Shown: positions 27,050 through 35,405 of the stretch, piece after piece | Layout of the letters: each line of letters starts with the position of its first letter | Numbering within the stretch: the first letter of the stretch is position 1 | Source: a virus | Taxonomy: Duplodnaviria; Caudoviricetes | DNA length: 40,011 nt | Virus record (IMG/VR): IMGVR_UViG_3300017700_000402 | Coordinates: 1-40,011 of that record | Strand: one strand, 5' to 3' | The notes under the pieces: model-generated | The model's input: the letters and a program-made list of their open reading frames with translations, nothing else | Database searches by the model: none | Told to the model about the DNA's origin: nothing | Position numbers and translations under genes: made by a program

Positions 27050-27720
27050 AAGCCGAAACCTTCACCAAGATCAGGCCCATATTCGGCGGCTCTCTAACGC
27101 AGCCCCAGGTTGATGGCATTGAAACCATTGTTGGCGCATGGGCAAAGTATGGTGACGGATCGAACCGCCACCTAGCCTATCTCCTAGCCACTACAAAGCA
27201 TGAGACTGCAAACACCATGCAGCCCATCTTTGAGCGTGGCCAGCGGTCGTATTTCGACAAGTACGAGCCCGGCACGAAGATCGGCAAGGCGCTTGGAAAT
27301 GTGAAGCCGGGTGACGGCTACCTCTATCGCGGTCGTGGCTATGTCCAGCTTACGGGCCGTGCCAATTACGTCCGCGCTGGAAAGCTCCTGGGCATTGATT
27401 TGGCTGGTAACCCCGATCTGGCTCTTGAGCCATCGACTGCGGCGCGCATCCTGATCCTTGGTTGCCTTGAGGGCTGGTTTACCGGCAAAGCGCTTGGCGA
27501 CTATATGACCTATAAGGACATGCGCCGGGTAGTCAACGGAACCGACAAGGCCGACTTGATTGCAGGCTATGCCCAGCAGTTTGAGAATGCGCTAGGCACA
27601 GAGGCAGTTAAGCCCGCTCCTCAGCCATTGCCGCCCGATGTACCCAAACTACCGCCAGTGGTCACGCCTGTGCGTTCTAACTGGCTAAAATCGTTCTTCG
27701 CCTCTATCTTCTCTCGCTAA
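27046..27720 (+). CDS. Endolysin, glycoside hydrolase family 19
   Basis: LAYLLAT.KHET, LGN..PGDG..YRGRGYVQLTGRANY, RRVVNG. Confidence 0.92.
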   Translation: MKAETFTKIRPIFGGSLTQPQVDGIETIVGAWAKYGDGSNRHLAYLLATTKHETANTMQPIFERGQRSYFDKYEPGTKIGKALGNVKPGDGYLYRGRGYVQLTGRANYVRAGKLLGIDLAGNPDLALEPSTAARILILGCLEGWFTGKALGDYMTYKDMRRVVNGTDKADLIAGYAQQFENALGTEAVKPAPQPLPPDVPKLPPVVTPVRSNWLKSFFASIFSR

Positions 27721-27743
27721 ACGCATCAAAGGAAAACCTGACA

Positions 27744-27944
27744 ATGAACTCTAACCTGTTCCATAACATTCTCAATGTCATCATGGCGCTTACCGCCATT
27801 GCCCTGCTGCCAGAAATCCAGTCCATTCTACCGGCTGAAATTGCGGTGGCTGTAGCCAGCGGCGCGGCAACGCTCAAGCTGGTTGTCAACGTCATTCGTG
27901 ATGGCATTACCGGGCTGGCTAAAGAGCAGCCTCCTGTCAAATGA
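27744..27944 (+). CDS. Putative holin
   Basis: Two hydrophobic segments; follows the endolysin. Confidence 0.6.
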   Translation: MNSNLFHNILNVIMALTAIALLPEIQSILPAEIAVAVASGAATLKLVVNVIRDGITGLAKEQPPVK

Positions 27945-28132
27945 CCATTGTTGTCAAAATCCTGGTGGCCATTGGGGAGTTCTTTATCTCCATTGGCCGC
28001 AGGATCGGTAAGGTAGAAGCCAATGCGCAGTCCCAATCCGAACACAACCAACGCGTTGCGCGGGCTGACGCTGCTAGGGATGATGATGCTGGTGACGGGG
28101 TGTACGACCCTAGAAACAGAGACAATCGTTAG
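27941..28132 (+). CDS. Putative i-spanin
   Basis: N-terminal hydrophobic segment; overlaps a lipoprotein gene in another frame. Confidence 0.55.
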   Translation: MTIVVKILVAIGEFFISIGRRIGKVEANAQSQSEHNQRVARADAARDDDAGDGVYDPRNRDNR

Positions 28133-28250
28133 CGACTTCTGCTCTATCGCCACGCCGATCACTTACAGCCTGACCGAAGATACACCAGAAACTGTGTCGC
28201 AGGTCAGGTCACATAATAGGGCTTACGATGCTGTCTGCCCAGCCAAATGA
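28023..28250 (+). CDS. Putative o-spanin lipoprotein (true start may be downstream)
   Basis: Lipobox LVTGC; C....PI...DT.ET..Q...HN..Y..VC pattern. Confidence 0.7.
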   Translation: MRSPNPNTTNALRGLTLLGMMMLVTGCTTLETETIVSDFCSIATPITYSLTEDTPETVSQVRSHNRAYDAVCPAK

Positions 28251-28282
28251 CAACCATACGCAGCGTCAGGCGTTAGTAGAAC

Positions 28283-28540
28283 ATGAGCACCATGGCAGTT
28301 CCCGATAAAGAATTCTGGGTTCTATCGCAAAAGGTAGAGGACCTAACCACGCGCGTCAGGGAAGTACGCGATGAGGTAAAGGCCATAGACGCCAAGGTTG
28401 ATGGCATCCTAAGCCGCTTTGACAGGATCGACGGCGGAATGCGTATTGCTATGGCCGTCTCTGGGTTCCTTGGTGCTGCCGCCATGCTCTTTCTGACCAA
28501 GGTTTTGCCCCTGCTCTTTGCTGGCCTTCCCCGCATTTAG
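28283..28540 (+). CDS. Coiled-coil + C-terminal TM protein (lysis accessory/holin-like)
   Basis: Heptad segment followed by IAMAVSGFLGAAAMLFL. Confidence 0.65.
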   Translation: MSTMAVPDKEFWVLSQKVEDLTTRVREVRDEVKAIDAKVDGILSRFDRIDGGMRIAMAVSGFLGAAAMLFLTKVLPLLFAGLPRI

Positions 28541-28584
28541 CTCCATAGCTACCATTAGGATTGTGGAAATATAGCTTGTGTCAA

Positions 28585-28884
28585 TCATTGGGTGACCTCT
28601 CCAAACGATGCGACTTCCATTTTCAGAAGAGCCGTTCTAGCTGTTTTTGTAGAAACTGGCTCATCAAAGCAATCGAAGTTGCCGGTCTTGTTAAAGATTT
28701 TTTGCGCCATCGTATCATTATAGCTGGCGATATTCTCCAGAGCTGCAACCGCAATATCTAATCGTCGGATAAGTTCAGCAACGTCGCTCATCCAATCATC
28801 TTCATGATTGGTTACGCCAGCCATAGAACCTGAGAGCGCCTTGATCATGGTTTTGTCCATTCTCTCATCCTTATCATCTACCAT
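28585..28884 (-). CDS. Hypothetical phage protein
   Basis: ALENIA...ARTAL motif; GAGGG SD. Confidence 0.7.
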   Translation of the reverse strand: MVDDKDERMDKTMIKALSGSMAGVTNHEDDWMSDVAELIRRLDIAVAALENIASYNDTMAQKIFNKTGNFDCFDEPVSTKTARTALLKMEVASFGEVTQ

Positions 28885-28929
28885 TGGTTACTACCCTCTT
28901 AGATTGATGTTAGAGGGGCTTGGGAGGGG

Positions 28930-29133
28930 TTAGAGAACAAAGTCTTGTGTTCTCTTGGCAGGTGGGGCCAACCGATTACGCCTAGCAATAAGCGCTTCAA
29001 GCCATTCCTTACGCTCATCAATCTCATCCTGAACTTCGTTAATGCGCTTCAGTATGTCATTTAGGTCCATGCCTTTTAGTGCGTCCCAATTAGCTTGGAT
29101 TGCGGCGTCTTCAGCATCTGACTTTTTACTCAT
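28930..29133 (-). CDS. Hypothetical coiled-coil protein
   Basis: Helical ORF in the leftward operon. Confidence 0.7.
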   Translation of the reverse strand: MSKKSDAEDAAIQANWDALKGMDLNDILKRINEVQDEIDERKEWLEALIARRNRLAPPAKRTQDFVL

Positions 29134-29137
29134 CCCT

Positions 29138-29395
29138 CTATATCCCTTCTCTGTTTATGGGTGGGGTTGGGAGTGAGGCGTAAAAGGATTTGTTGAAATC
29201 CAGAGCCGCGAGGTATGGGGATTTGCCGAAGCCCGAAACTCCATCCTGCAAATTCGCCCCGAACAGCCAGCAATACTCACTGCCGTCAAGCGTCAATGAT
29301 GGCCTCAGAACGGCAATAAGATTGACCTCGGCGGCCTCGATAATTGCGCCCTCATAGACGCCTTGAACGTAGCCAGAAACTTCAGGTCTGCTCAT
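29138..29395 (-). CDS. Hypothetical phage protein
   Basis: DG..YC.LFG.NLQDGV.GFG.SP..A..DF motif. Confidence 0.75.
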   Translation of the reverse strand: MSRPEVSGYVQGVYEGAIIEAAEVNLIAVLRPSLTLDGSEYCWLFGANLQDGVSGFGKSPYLAALDFNKSFYASLPTPPINREGI

Positions 29396-29535
29396 TTCGC
29401 ATTCTCCCTCTTATCCAGATATTCCCGTATTGCCAGCTTGGTTACGTCAGAGACAGTTCTGTTATCTCTTGCCGCCTCTAGTGATAGACGGTGTTTAAGA
29501 TCGGCTGGGAGGCGAAGGTCAAGGCGGGCGGTCAT
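29392..29535 (-). CDS. Ribbon-helix-helix (Arc/CopG-like) DNA-binding protein, 47 aa
   Basis: MTARLDLRLPADLKHRLSLEAARDNRTVSDVTKLAIREYL; ATGA-coupled on both sides. Confidence 0.85.
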   Translation of the reverse strand: MTARLDLRLPADLKHRLSLEAARDNRTVSDVTKLAIREYLDKRENAK

Positions 29536-29708
29536 TTGCGAACCTTGAAATTGCGGCCAAAGATCGACTTTCCGACATGCTCGACTTCCGCAAAATAACC
29601 AGCCCTAAGGTCGGGTTCAACTTCTTTGCGAAATTGATCCTGGTCCTTGAATGCAGCGCCGCTAAGGCTCTCTCTCAGTTCTTCGGCGTACTCTTTAACG
29701 ATAGCCAT
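29532..29708 (-). CDS. Hypothetical protein (58 aa, MAIVKEYAEEL...)
   Basis: GGAGGG SD 8 nt upstream; stop overlaps the RHH start. Confidence 0.7.
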   Translation of the reverse strand: MAIVKEYAEELRESLSGAAFKDQDQFRKEVEPDLRAGYFAEVEHVGKSIFGRNFKVRK

Positions 29709-29735
29709 TTGTCATTCCCTCCATCTGATACCCGT

Positions 29736-29764
29736 ACAGTGTCACACATACCCATGGTAGTCAA
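29736..29764 (-). promoter_or_regulatory. Sigma70-like promoter
   Basis: TTGACT-17bp-CACTGT with TG extension. Confidence 0.55.
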
Positions 29765-29818
29765 TAGTCATAATCATCACCTGCTATGGCAATGGTAGAG
29801 GGCTTAGGAATGAAGGGG

Positions 29819-30511
29819 TTACGGCCAGACAACTTCGACACTAAGACCGGTTCGGTTCTTCCCGAAAGTTCCCCTTTGGTCTTTGGCGTGACGGAAGGGA
29901 AGCCATGTAGCGCCTTCGTTTTCGCATACGATCACTTGCCCATCCAGTTCCCGACAGAACGCCCCTAGAGCCTCGTAATCAATTTTATTGAACGTGTAGT
30001 TCCTGCCCTTCACTTGGTAAGGAGGGTCTATGAACCAAGTGGCTCTGTCGTCATCCCTTAATTGGTCGTACTCGCCCTCATAAATTTCCCAATTACGTAT
30101 TTTGTGCAGCTGGGATGAAATGCGTTGTCTGACAGCGCTTCCCCATACCTTGCAATCCGATGAATTCTCGTATTGCCGAGCCCATGCTCCCTTAGTTTTG
30201 CACGGTTCGGTATTGCCCTTGTTGATCCAAAAGCCGATTAGCCACTTTGCCTCTTGCGGGATAGCAAGATCATCAACGCTATCAAACATAAGAGGCAGAT
30301 CGTTTATCTCCTCCTCCTTGACGTTAATGAGGTATTCCCAAATACCTACAATTCTAGGGTTTTTGTCAATTAGCTTGGCCCACGGCGCTTCCCATCTGAC
30401 TGAATAGGCGGCACTTCCAGCAAAAGGCTCAATAACTGTTTCGTGCTCCGGCGCTCCGTAAAACTTTGCCATCTGCCATTTGCTGCCAAGGTAACTAAAA
30501 AACGGCTTCAT
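29819..30511 (-). CDS. DNA N6-adenine methyltransferase (D12/Dam-like)
   Basis: FSYLGSK, EPFAGS (motif I), FIDPPY (motif IV). Confidence 0.9.
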   Translation of the reverse strand: MKPFFSYLGSKWQMAKFYGAPEHETVIEPFAGSAAYSVRWEAPWAKLIDKNPRIVGIWEYLINVKEEEINDLPLMFDSVDDLAIPQEAKWLIGFWINKGNTEPCKTKGAWARQYENSSDCKVWGSAVRQRISSQLHKIRNWEIYEGEYDQLRDDDRATWFIDPPYQVKGRNYTFNKIDYEALGAFCRELDGQVIVCENEGATWLPFRHAKDQRGTFGKNRTGLSVEVVWP

Positions 30512-30545
30512 TCGCTCTTTCTTCCTTATTGTTGCGACATGAGAT

Positions 30546-30821
30546 TTAGAGGATATACGGATCATCATTAGCGGATGCGGTCATGCTGTGCGCCTCTGCA
30601 AGAATTGTCTTTGCTTCCTCTTTTGGAGCATCTAGGATGGTTTCGTAACCGCGATTTACAGCCATATCGTGAGCGAGTTGCATGGCTCTAATGTTGTTTG
30701 CCATTTCTTGGATAGCCTGATTCTTCGTGATGGGAGTAACTCCGTCATCGCTGAGATACGGCCTGACCTTTGTCTTATTGAACGGCTTGATGTTGCCCAT
30801 CTTATATTCCTTCATTTCCAA
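30546..30821 (-). CDS. Hypothetical protein
   Basis: ORF in the leftward operon. Confidence 0.6.
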   Translation of the reverse strand: MEMKEYKMGNIKPFNKTKVRPYLSDDGVTPITKNQAIQEMANNIRAMQLAHDMAVNRGYETILDAPKEEAKTILAEAHSMTASANDDPYIL

Positions 30822-30824
30822 AGC

Positions 30825-31124
30825 CTAATCTACAGAACCCCCAATAGAGTTAAGCCCGTTTTCGTAAAGCTTGAGGGAATTTTCCACGTCAGACAGGTGA
30901 AGCTGAATACCGGCCTCGATAGCCTCGAACTGACGGCGCGCAAGGTCTAGGCGAGTTTGAAGATGGAACCGCTCCCCCTCCAAAGCCTTGATCGCAATAT
31001 CAAAGGCGTCCCGATGTTGAGCCAGCCTTTGCACCATCACAGACGTTTGCCCCTTAACCGTCTCAGCAAATTCTACCTCTGCGGCTTCTACGTTATTAAC
31101 GGCTACGGCTTTACGTGTGGTCAT
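30825..31124 (-). CDS. Hypothetical coiled-coil protein
   Basis: GGAGG SD before ATG 31124; ATGA coupling. Confidence 0.65.
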   Translation of the reverse strand: MTTRKAVAVNNVEAAEVEFAETVKGQTSVMVQRLAQHRDAFDIAIKALEGERFHLQTRLDLARRQFEAIEAGIQLHLSDVENSLKLYENGLNSIGGSVD

Positions 31125-31345
31125 TTCCGATCCTCCGGCAACGATTTGCGCGCCTTCGCATACATTTCGACACGCCACTGGTTGACCAGGCTATCCAGCG
31201 TCTCAATCGGCAAGTCTTCAACTGCTATCGAAGGAAGCGCCGTCATACCCTCCTGCTTCGGGCGAGGCGGCAAATCAATGTTGGCAAAGTTTGGTGTCTG
31301 CCAAGGTTTAACTTTCATGGCTATCATTGCGTCCGTCATTCTCAA
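31121..31345 (-). CDS. Hypothetical protein
   Basis: PW.TPNF motif; coupled. Confidence 0.7.
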   Translation of the reverse strand: MRMTDAMIAMKVKPWQTPNFANIDLPPRPKQEGMTALPSIAVEDLPIETLDSLVNQWRVEMYAKARKSLPEDRK

Positions 31346-31704
31346 TCTCCATTATGTTTCAGTCTTTGTAGAAAGGCACGTTTAGGCCAGTTAGTTGGAC
31401 CTGACCGGATAGGGTGTTTAGTCTGGCGGCGTGTCTCAGGATCGGCTTGGCGACGAATGCGGTTAGATTTGGCTATGGCTTTCACATCGGCGGCGGTCTT
31501 GATTTTGTGGCACTGCTTATGAGCGGGAGCTAGGTTGTCGTCCCCATCAGAGCCGCCTAGCTCCCTGCTAACCTGATGGTCGCAGTCCCAGGGCTCCTCT
31601 GGCCCGATCTTAGCCTTACACAGCCAGCATACGCCATCATGGGCTAGGAATATGCGGGCGCGGCGTGTCTTGCCGATAGAGGGGCGCTTAGGCGCGTAGC
31701 TCAA
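31342..31704 (-). CDS. HNH endonuclease (nin-region type)
   Basis: G.CWLC...W.CDH...LGG.D..DNLAPAHKQCH..KT..D...IAK. Confidence 0.88.
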   Translation of the reverse strand: MSYAPKRPSIGKTRRARIFLAHDGVCWLCKAKIGPEEPWDCDHQVSRELGGSDGDDNLAPAHKQCHKIKTAADVKAIAKSNRIRRQADPETRRQTKHPIRSGPTNWPKRAFLQRLKHNGD

Positions 31705-31910
31705 CTGTACTTCCGATCAACTATCGGCTTTAGTTGCGCTTGAATGCGATCAAGGGCATACTGTAAATCAGTTACCTGCTCTACGCCCCACAGTTTCAGC
31801 TCAACGTCTCGATTGGCCCCGCTGTCCTCTTTGACATAAACCGAAATGGGCCACCCATCCGTGTAAGCGGTAACGGTCAGACCACCGACTTTCTTTTCAA
31901 TCCTGCTCAT
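31701..31910 (-). CDS. Hypothetical protein
   Basis: Coupled ORF. Confidence 0.65.
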   Translation of the reverse strand: MSRIEKKVGGLTVTAYTDGWPISVYVKEDSGANRDVELKLWGVEQVTDLQYALDRIQAQLKPIVDRKYS

Positions 31911-32329
31911 TCCCCAGCCCTCGCTTTCAATTCCTCAATAGCACTACCATGCTCATCCGAAAACACTACCCCGCGCTCTGCCCCGAATGCCTCTATGAGA
32001 AGCATCAAATCCCCTAGCTCTGCCTTGGTCATGGTGGACGTATGCAGGCCGGTGACGACAAACGAGCCTTGTTCAATGCCAGGAACAACGCGGGACTTGC
32101 GCAGCGATGCTGTTGTTATGTCCTTCCAAGTTGCGGCGTCTAGCTTCTGCCCGTACCAATCCACTTGCTGTGCTAGATCGGTCAGCAATGACCATAGGCG
32201 TGAGTTTTGTGCCGTTGTGCGGGTTGCTGGCTTGATTGACACAACCCAGCCTACAGGGGCGTTCCTAACGGCCTCCATAGCGTTCTGACGCACGAGAGGG
32301 CTAATCAAATGGTACGCGGTCATTTCCAT
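31907..32329 (-). CDS. ninB: NinB/Orf family recombination protein
   Basis: RT.AQNSRLW.LLTDL..QV.W.G, WKD, TS.M.KAE...L...IEAFGAERGV.FS. Confidence 0.9.
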   Translation of the reverse strand: MEMTAYHLISPLVRQNAMEAVRNAPVGWVVSIKPATRTTAQNSRLWSLLTDLAQQVDWYGQKLDAATWKDITTASLRKSRVVPGIEQGSFVVTGLHTSTMTKAELGDLMLLIEAFGAERGVVFSDEHGSAIEELKARAGE

Positions 32330-32553
32330 AGCTCCAGAAGGCTATCAGGAATTGGCTTAGGAGGCTGGTATCTCGCCAAGTACTGACGCTTTGCCTTACA
32401 CCATGCTTTGTATGGAAACATGGACTTTTCACCGAATGGATAGCCCTCTTTCAAAGCATCTTTGCGTTGCTTTAGCGTAGCATCTGGCGGCAAAGATGCG
32501 TGTATCTCGCCTATGACTGCCCAGCTACGTTCTGCCCATACTCCAGCGGTCAT
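32320..32553 (-). CDS. Hypothetical protein
   Basis: YPFGE...FPYKAW motif. Confidence 0.7.
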   Translation of the reverse strand: MTAGVWAERSWAVIGEIHASLPPDATLKQRKDALKEGYPFGEKSMFPYKAWCKAKRQYLARYQPPKPIPDSLLELWK

Positions 32554-33239
32554 GGCTGCAACCCAGAAAAGTCAGGCTCCTTATAGCCCTCGGGCTTAGT
32601 AAGCTGTGCCTTTCGGGCGTCCTTTGCGATAATCAAATCCTCGGCTTCTGTCCCGGTCAGGGTCTTGTCTGCCTTTGCCGCACCAAACACGGTTTTAAGC
32701 TCATCCAGCGTCTTTGCCGCAGTGATGGCTGACAAATGGCTTGGGAAGGTAGAAGGCCGCTGTACGGGCTCCGCTGCCCTCTCTCGCGCTTCATCCTTCA
32801 ACTCCTGAACATACTTGCTGTCATCAAATAGGCCCATATGAACGTCAGCGCTCATGCCGATATGCTTCATGGCATTGCCAATGGCGTCGGTGAAAGCCTT
32901 CTTGAACGCTTCGTCATCGGTGCGCAGGCCAGCGGATTGCTTGACCACAACCATGTCGCCGCCAACGCCAAAGACGGGCTCAGACTTCTTGCCGTCCAGA
33001 ATGTACCAGAGCGACAACCAGCAATAGACGGCAATCTGTCCTTCCGAAGCCGCTACGGTTTGAAATACGGGCTCAGAGAAGCCCCAGCCTGTACCGCAGG
33101 GGCCAAATTCTTCTGTCATCTTCTGTTCGGTATAGATCGGCTTGATAGCCGTGCCACCGAAGCCGCCAGCGCGCTTAAAGCCCTTTGTATGTGCTGGATC
33201 AGTTCGGCCCAGCTTGTTCCATAGGTCTAGGTTGCTCAT
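32550..33239 (-). CDS. Single-strand annealing protein, Rad52/Sak-like
   Basis: MTEEFGPCGTGWG, DDEAFKKAFTDAIG.A...IG..ADVHMG.FDD.KY. Confidence 0.8.
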   Translation of the reverse strand: MSNLDLWNKLGRTDPAHTKGFKRAGGFGGTAIKPIYTEQKMTEEFGPCGTGWGFSEPVFQTVAASEGQIAVYCWLSLWYILDGKKSEPVFGVGGDMVVVKQSAGLRTDDEAFKKAFTDAIGNAMKHIGMSADVHMGLFDDSKYVQELKDEARERAAEPVQRPSTFPSHLSAITAAKTLDELKTVFGAAKADKTLTGTEAEDLIIAKDARKAQLTKPEGYKEPDFSGLQP

Positions 33240-33742
33240 GTGCGTTTCACTCTCAATGTGTCTGGGCCGGTCTTAATCTCGGCCCCTGGAACCGGACTAC
33301 CTGCCTTGATCTGGGCTGCAATAGATGTTTTGTCAGCAATGCGCTCTGTCTTGAACGTGCCCTGCGGCAATGCGTTTAGGTCAGTGATGATGACGCTATC
33401 CCGGCCCGCACTGACGGCAATGGTAGCCTCTGGCAATGACAATGACCGAAGATTGGCCTTGGTCATAAGCTCTAGGATAAGCCCGCGCATGGCCTCAGCG
33501 CGCCTCGCATAGCGGGCCATACGCTCGGACATGAAGCCCATGCGGCCCTTGATAGCCTCTGCCATGCTCTCGGCCTCTAGCGCATGGTCTAATACGCGGG
33601 AAACGACCTCGTTAAGCTCTGTCTCCCCCTCCAGAACATCGGCCCTCAAGGCTTCGTCCTCTTGCAGTTCTGGATAAGCGGCAATGATGCGGTCAATCTG
33701 TTGGCTTAGGTGGCTAACATCAATCTTGAGATAGTCCGTCAT
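33236..33742 (-). CDS. Siphovirus Gp157-like protein
   Basis: D.LEGET, coiled coil, LPEATI.V, DK..I...IK.G..VPGAE. Confidence 0.8.
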   Translation of the reverse strand: MTDYLKIDVSHLSQQIDRIIAAYPELQEDEALRADVLEGETELNEVVSRVLDHALEAESMAEAIKGRMGFMSERMARYARRAEAMRGLILELMTKANLRSLSLPEATIAVSAGRDSVIITDLNALPQGTFKTERIADKTSIAAQIKAGSPVPGAEIKTGPDTLRVKRT

Positions 33743-33942
33743 TGCCCAGTACCCCTAATGTCGCCGTTGGCGTATGGCGCTCCATCGCTTGGAACGCATA
33801 CGGCGTAAAGATAAAGCGGAGCCTCTTGACGCTTTTCTTCCCAAGCCTGAATGCATCGTTCCTCACTTCCATAAGGGATCGGGACCACTACAGAGGCTTG
33901 TCCAGCCATGATCAAAACCAGATACCAGAATGACCAACTCAT
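33739..33942 (-). CDS. Hypothetical protein with hydrophobic N-terminus
   Basis: FWYLVLIM; S.E.C..A...A.CVP. Confidence 0.65.
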   Translation of the reverse strand: MSWSFWYLVLIMAGQASVVVPIPYGSEERCIQAWEEKRQEAPLYLYAVCVPSDGAPYANGDIRGTGQ

Positions 33943-34142
33943 TTCGTTTCCTCCGCAGCCTTGTTCAGCAGTTCCCGCGTTTCCTCTAGCTCCCTAGACA
34001 GATTGTATTTGAGGTTTTCAATTGTCTCTAGGTTGTCTGGATAGCCAGGAATGGCTAGGATGCAGGTAGTGAGGTGCTGGATATATCGAGCCCGCGATTG
34101 CAGGTTGACCAGCGTGTTCCAATCCTCAGTGAGTTTATACAT
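33939..34142 (-). CDS. Hypothetical protein
   Basis: AAGGA SD; coupled. Confidence 0.65.
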   Translation of the reverse strand: MYKLTEDWNTLVNLQSRARYIQHLTTCILAIPGYPDNLETIENLKYNLSRELEETRELLNKAAEETK

Positions 34143-34305
34143 TTCTCAGTCCTTATCTTTGGACTGGATATCAGCGGGCGATCCGTCTATAAATTGGATT
34201 GCCAACCAAGTCTCCAGAACTGGTTTGCATTAGAGGAGGGCTTGAGAATTTGCCTTCTCGCCCTCCTCGCTCCTGCCATTGTATATGTAGGCTGGGCAAG
34301 TGCAA
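34143..34305 (-). promoter_or_regulatory. Promoter + structured 5' leader (three hairpins)
   Basis: TTGCAC-16bp-TACAAT; hairpins at 34233-34268, ~34199-34229 and 34147-34166. Confidence 0.55.
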
Positions 34306-34307
34306 GG

Positions 34308-34616
34308 CTATTCGGCTCGATTGCGGATAGCATCAGCCAGCATATCTGCGGCGTACTCTTGTCCAACTTGAGCGCATTCGTTTTCCAGCGCGTTTCCGAA
34401 CGGCAAAATATCCGATGTGGTGAAGTTGTCAGCAACCCTTGCACACGCTTCGCGTTCGGCCATTATAGCGCCTTCTATCATAGCGTTCATGGCCTCGATA
34501 ACGCCGACTTTTACCCATAGTGCGCTGGCTTCTTTATCTGCAATGTCGAACAAAGCCCTTCGCATGTCATAGCCAATTTGCGTTGCGCTTTTAACCGGTT
34601 CCTCACCCATTATCAT
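34308..34616 (-). CDS. Hypothetical phage protein
   Basis: AIMAEREACARVAD...ADAIR motif. Confidence 0.7.
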   Translation of the reverse strand: MIMGEEPVKSATQIGYDMRRALFDIADKEASALWVKVGVIEAMNAMIEGAIMAEREACARVADNFTTSDILPFGNALENECAQVGQEYAADMLADAIRNRAE

Positions 34617-34622
34617 ATCTCC

Positions 34623-34727
34623 CTAAATCGTCGGTGCGTTTGCAGTGAGTGCCCATACAATAGACCCGATAATAGCTGTTGCTATCGAGAGGGCTAGGAG
34701 GGGGTTGCGGCTGATCCAGTGTTTCAT
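34623..34727 (-). CDS. Small single-TM peptide (34 aa, MKHWISRNPLLALSIATAIIGSIVWAL...)
   Basis: ATGA coupling; hydrophobic. Confidence 0.6.
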   Translation of the reverse strand: MKHWISRNPLLALSIATAIIGSIVWALTANAPTI

Positions 34728-35017
34728 TCTACCAACTCTATTTTGTCGTAGAAATCACCATCAACACGCGACATAATATCTTCAAAGTCATGGCCATCTA
34801 GGAAATAGCGGGCGGCTTCCAATGTGACCTCACCTGTTCCCAAGCAGGTATCACATTCCCCGCCGTTATTGACCTTCCCTGCCGGATCATGGCCACAGCA
34901 AGGGCAACCCAACCGGCCCAATTCGCCGCCCATGGCAGCGATAAATCCGTGGTCTGGATTATGGCAGGTTTCCTTACCGTCGCCAGCGCAGTCTGGGCAG
35001 ACAAACATTAAGATCAT
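34724..35017 (-). CDS. Zinc-finger protein (CxxCxGxG repeats)
   Basis: CPDCAGDG, CPCCG, CDTCLGTG. Confidence 0.75.
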   Translation of the reverse strand: MILMFVCPDCAGDGKETCHNPDHGFIAAMGGELGRLGCPCCGHDPAGKVNNGGECDTCLGTGEVTLEAARYFLDGHDFEDIMSRVDGDFYDKIELVE

Positions 35018-35127
35018 TTCGTAGCTCCCTTTCTATCCATAACTGACGGTAGTTTCATTCCAAGACGTTCGGCTTCAATGCGTTGCCAGCGGCTTAGGAG
35101 AAGGTACAGTTCTTCATCGTCACGCAT
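35014..35127 (-). CDS. Small hypothetical protein (37 aa, MRDDEELYLLL...)
   Basis: TAATG and ATGA coupling at its two ends. Confidence 0.6.
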   Translation of the reverse strand: MRDDEELYLLLSRWQRIEAERLGMKLPSVMDRKGATK

Positions 35128-35405
35128 TACAGGCCCTCCAGTGCTCTACGCGCAGTCTGTCCATCCCATTTAGTCTGATCGTATGCGTCCTCTAGATCAT
35201 CCGGCCACGGGCCATCTGCGATTAGTTTCAAAGCCGCTGCAAGCCGATCAATAGTATCCGCCGCTTCACCCATCGCTTTCATGCATTCCTGCGCAGCAAT
35301 GCCGCCATAAGGCCCGCCGTTCTCTGGCTTATCCAGCGACACAAGATACCGCAGTCGGCTTGTAATTTCGGTCATATCTAAATGCCCCCACGCATATCGT
35401 GCCAA
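35127..35405 (-). CDS. Hypothetical phage protein
   Basis: EAADTIDRL..AL..IA...ARRAL motif. Confidence 0.7.
   Translation of the reverse strand: MARYAWGHLDMTEITSRLRYLVSLDKPENGGPYGGIAAQECMKAMGEAADTIDRLAAALKLIADGPWPDDLEDAYDQTKWDGQTARRALEGL

Noticed and set aside
34199-34268. c-di-GMP-I riboswitch (GGCAAA / GCAAACC words)
   Set aside because: The order and pairing context of the conserved elements do not match the aptamer; kept only as a generic structured leader
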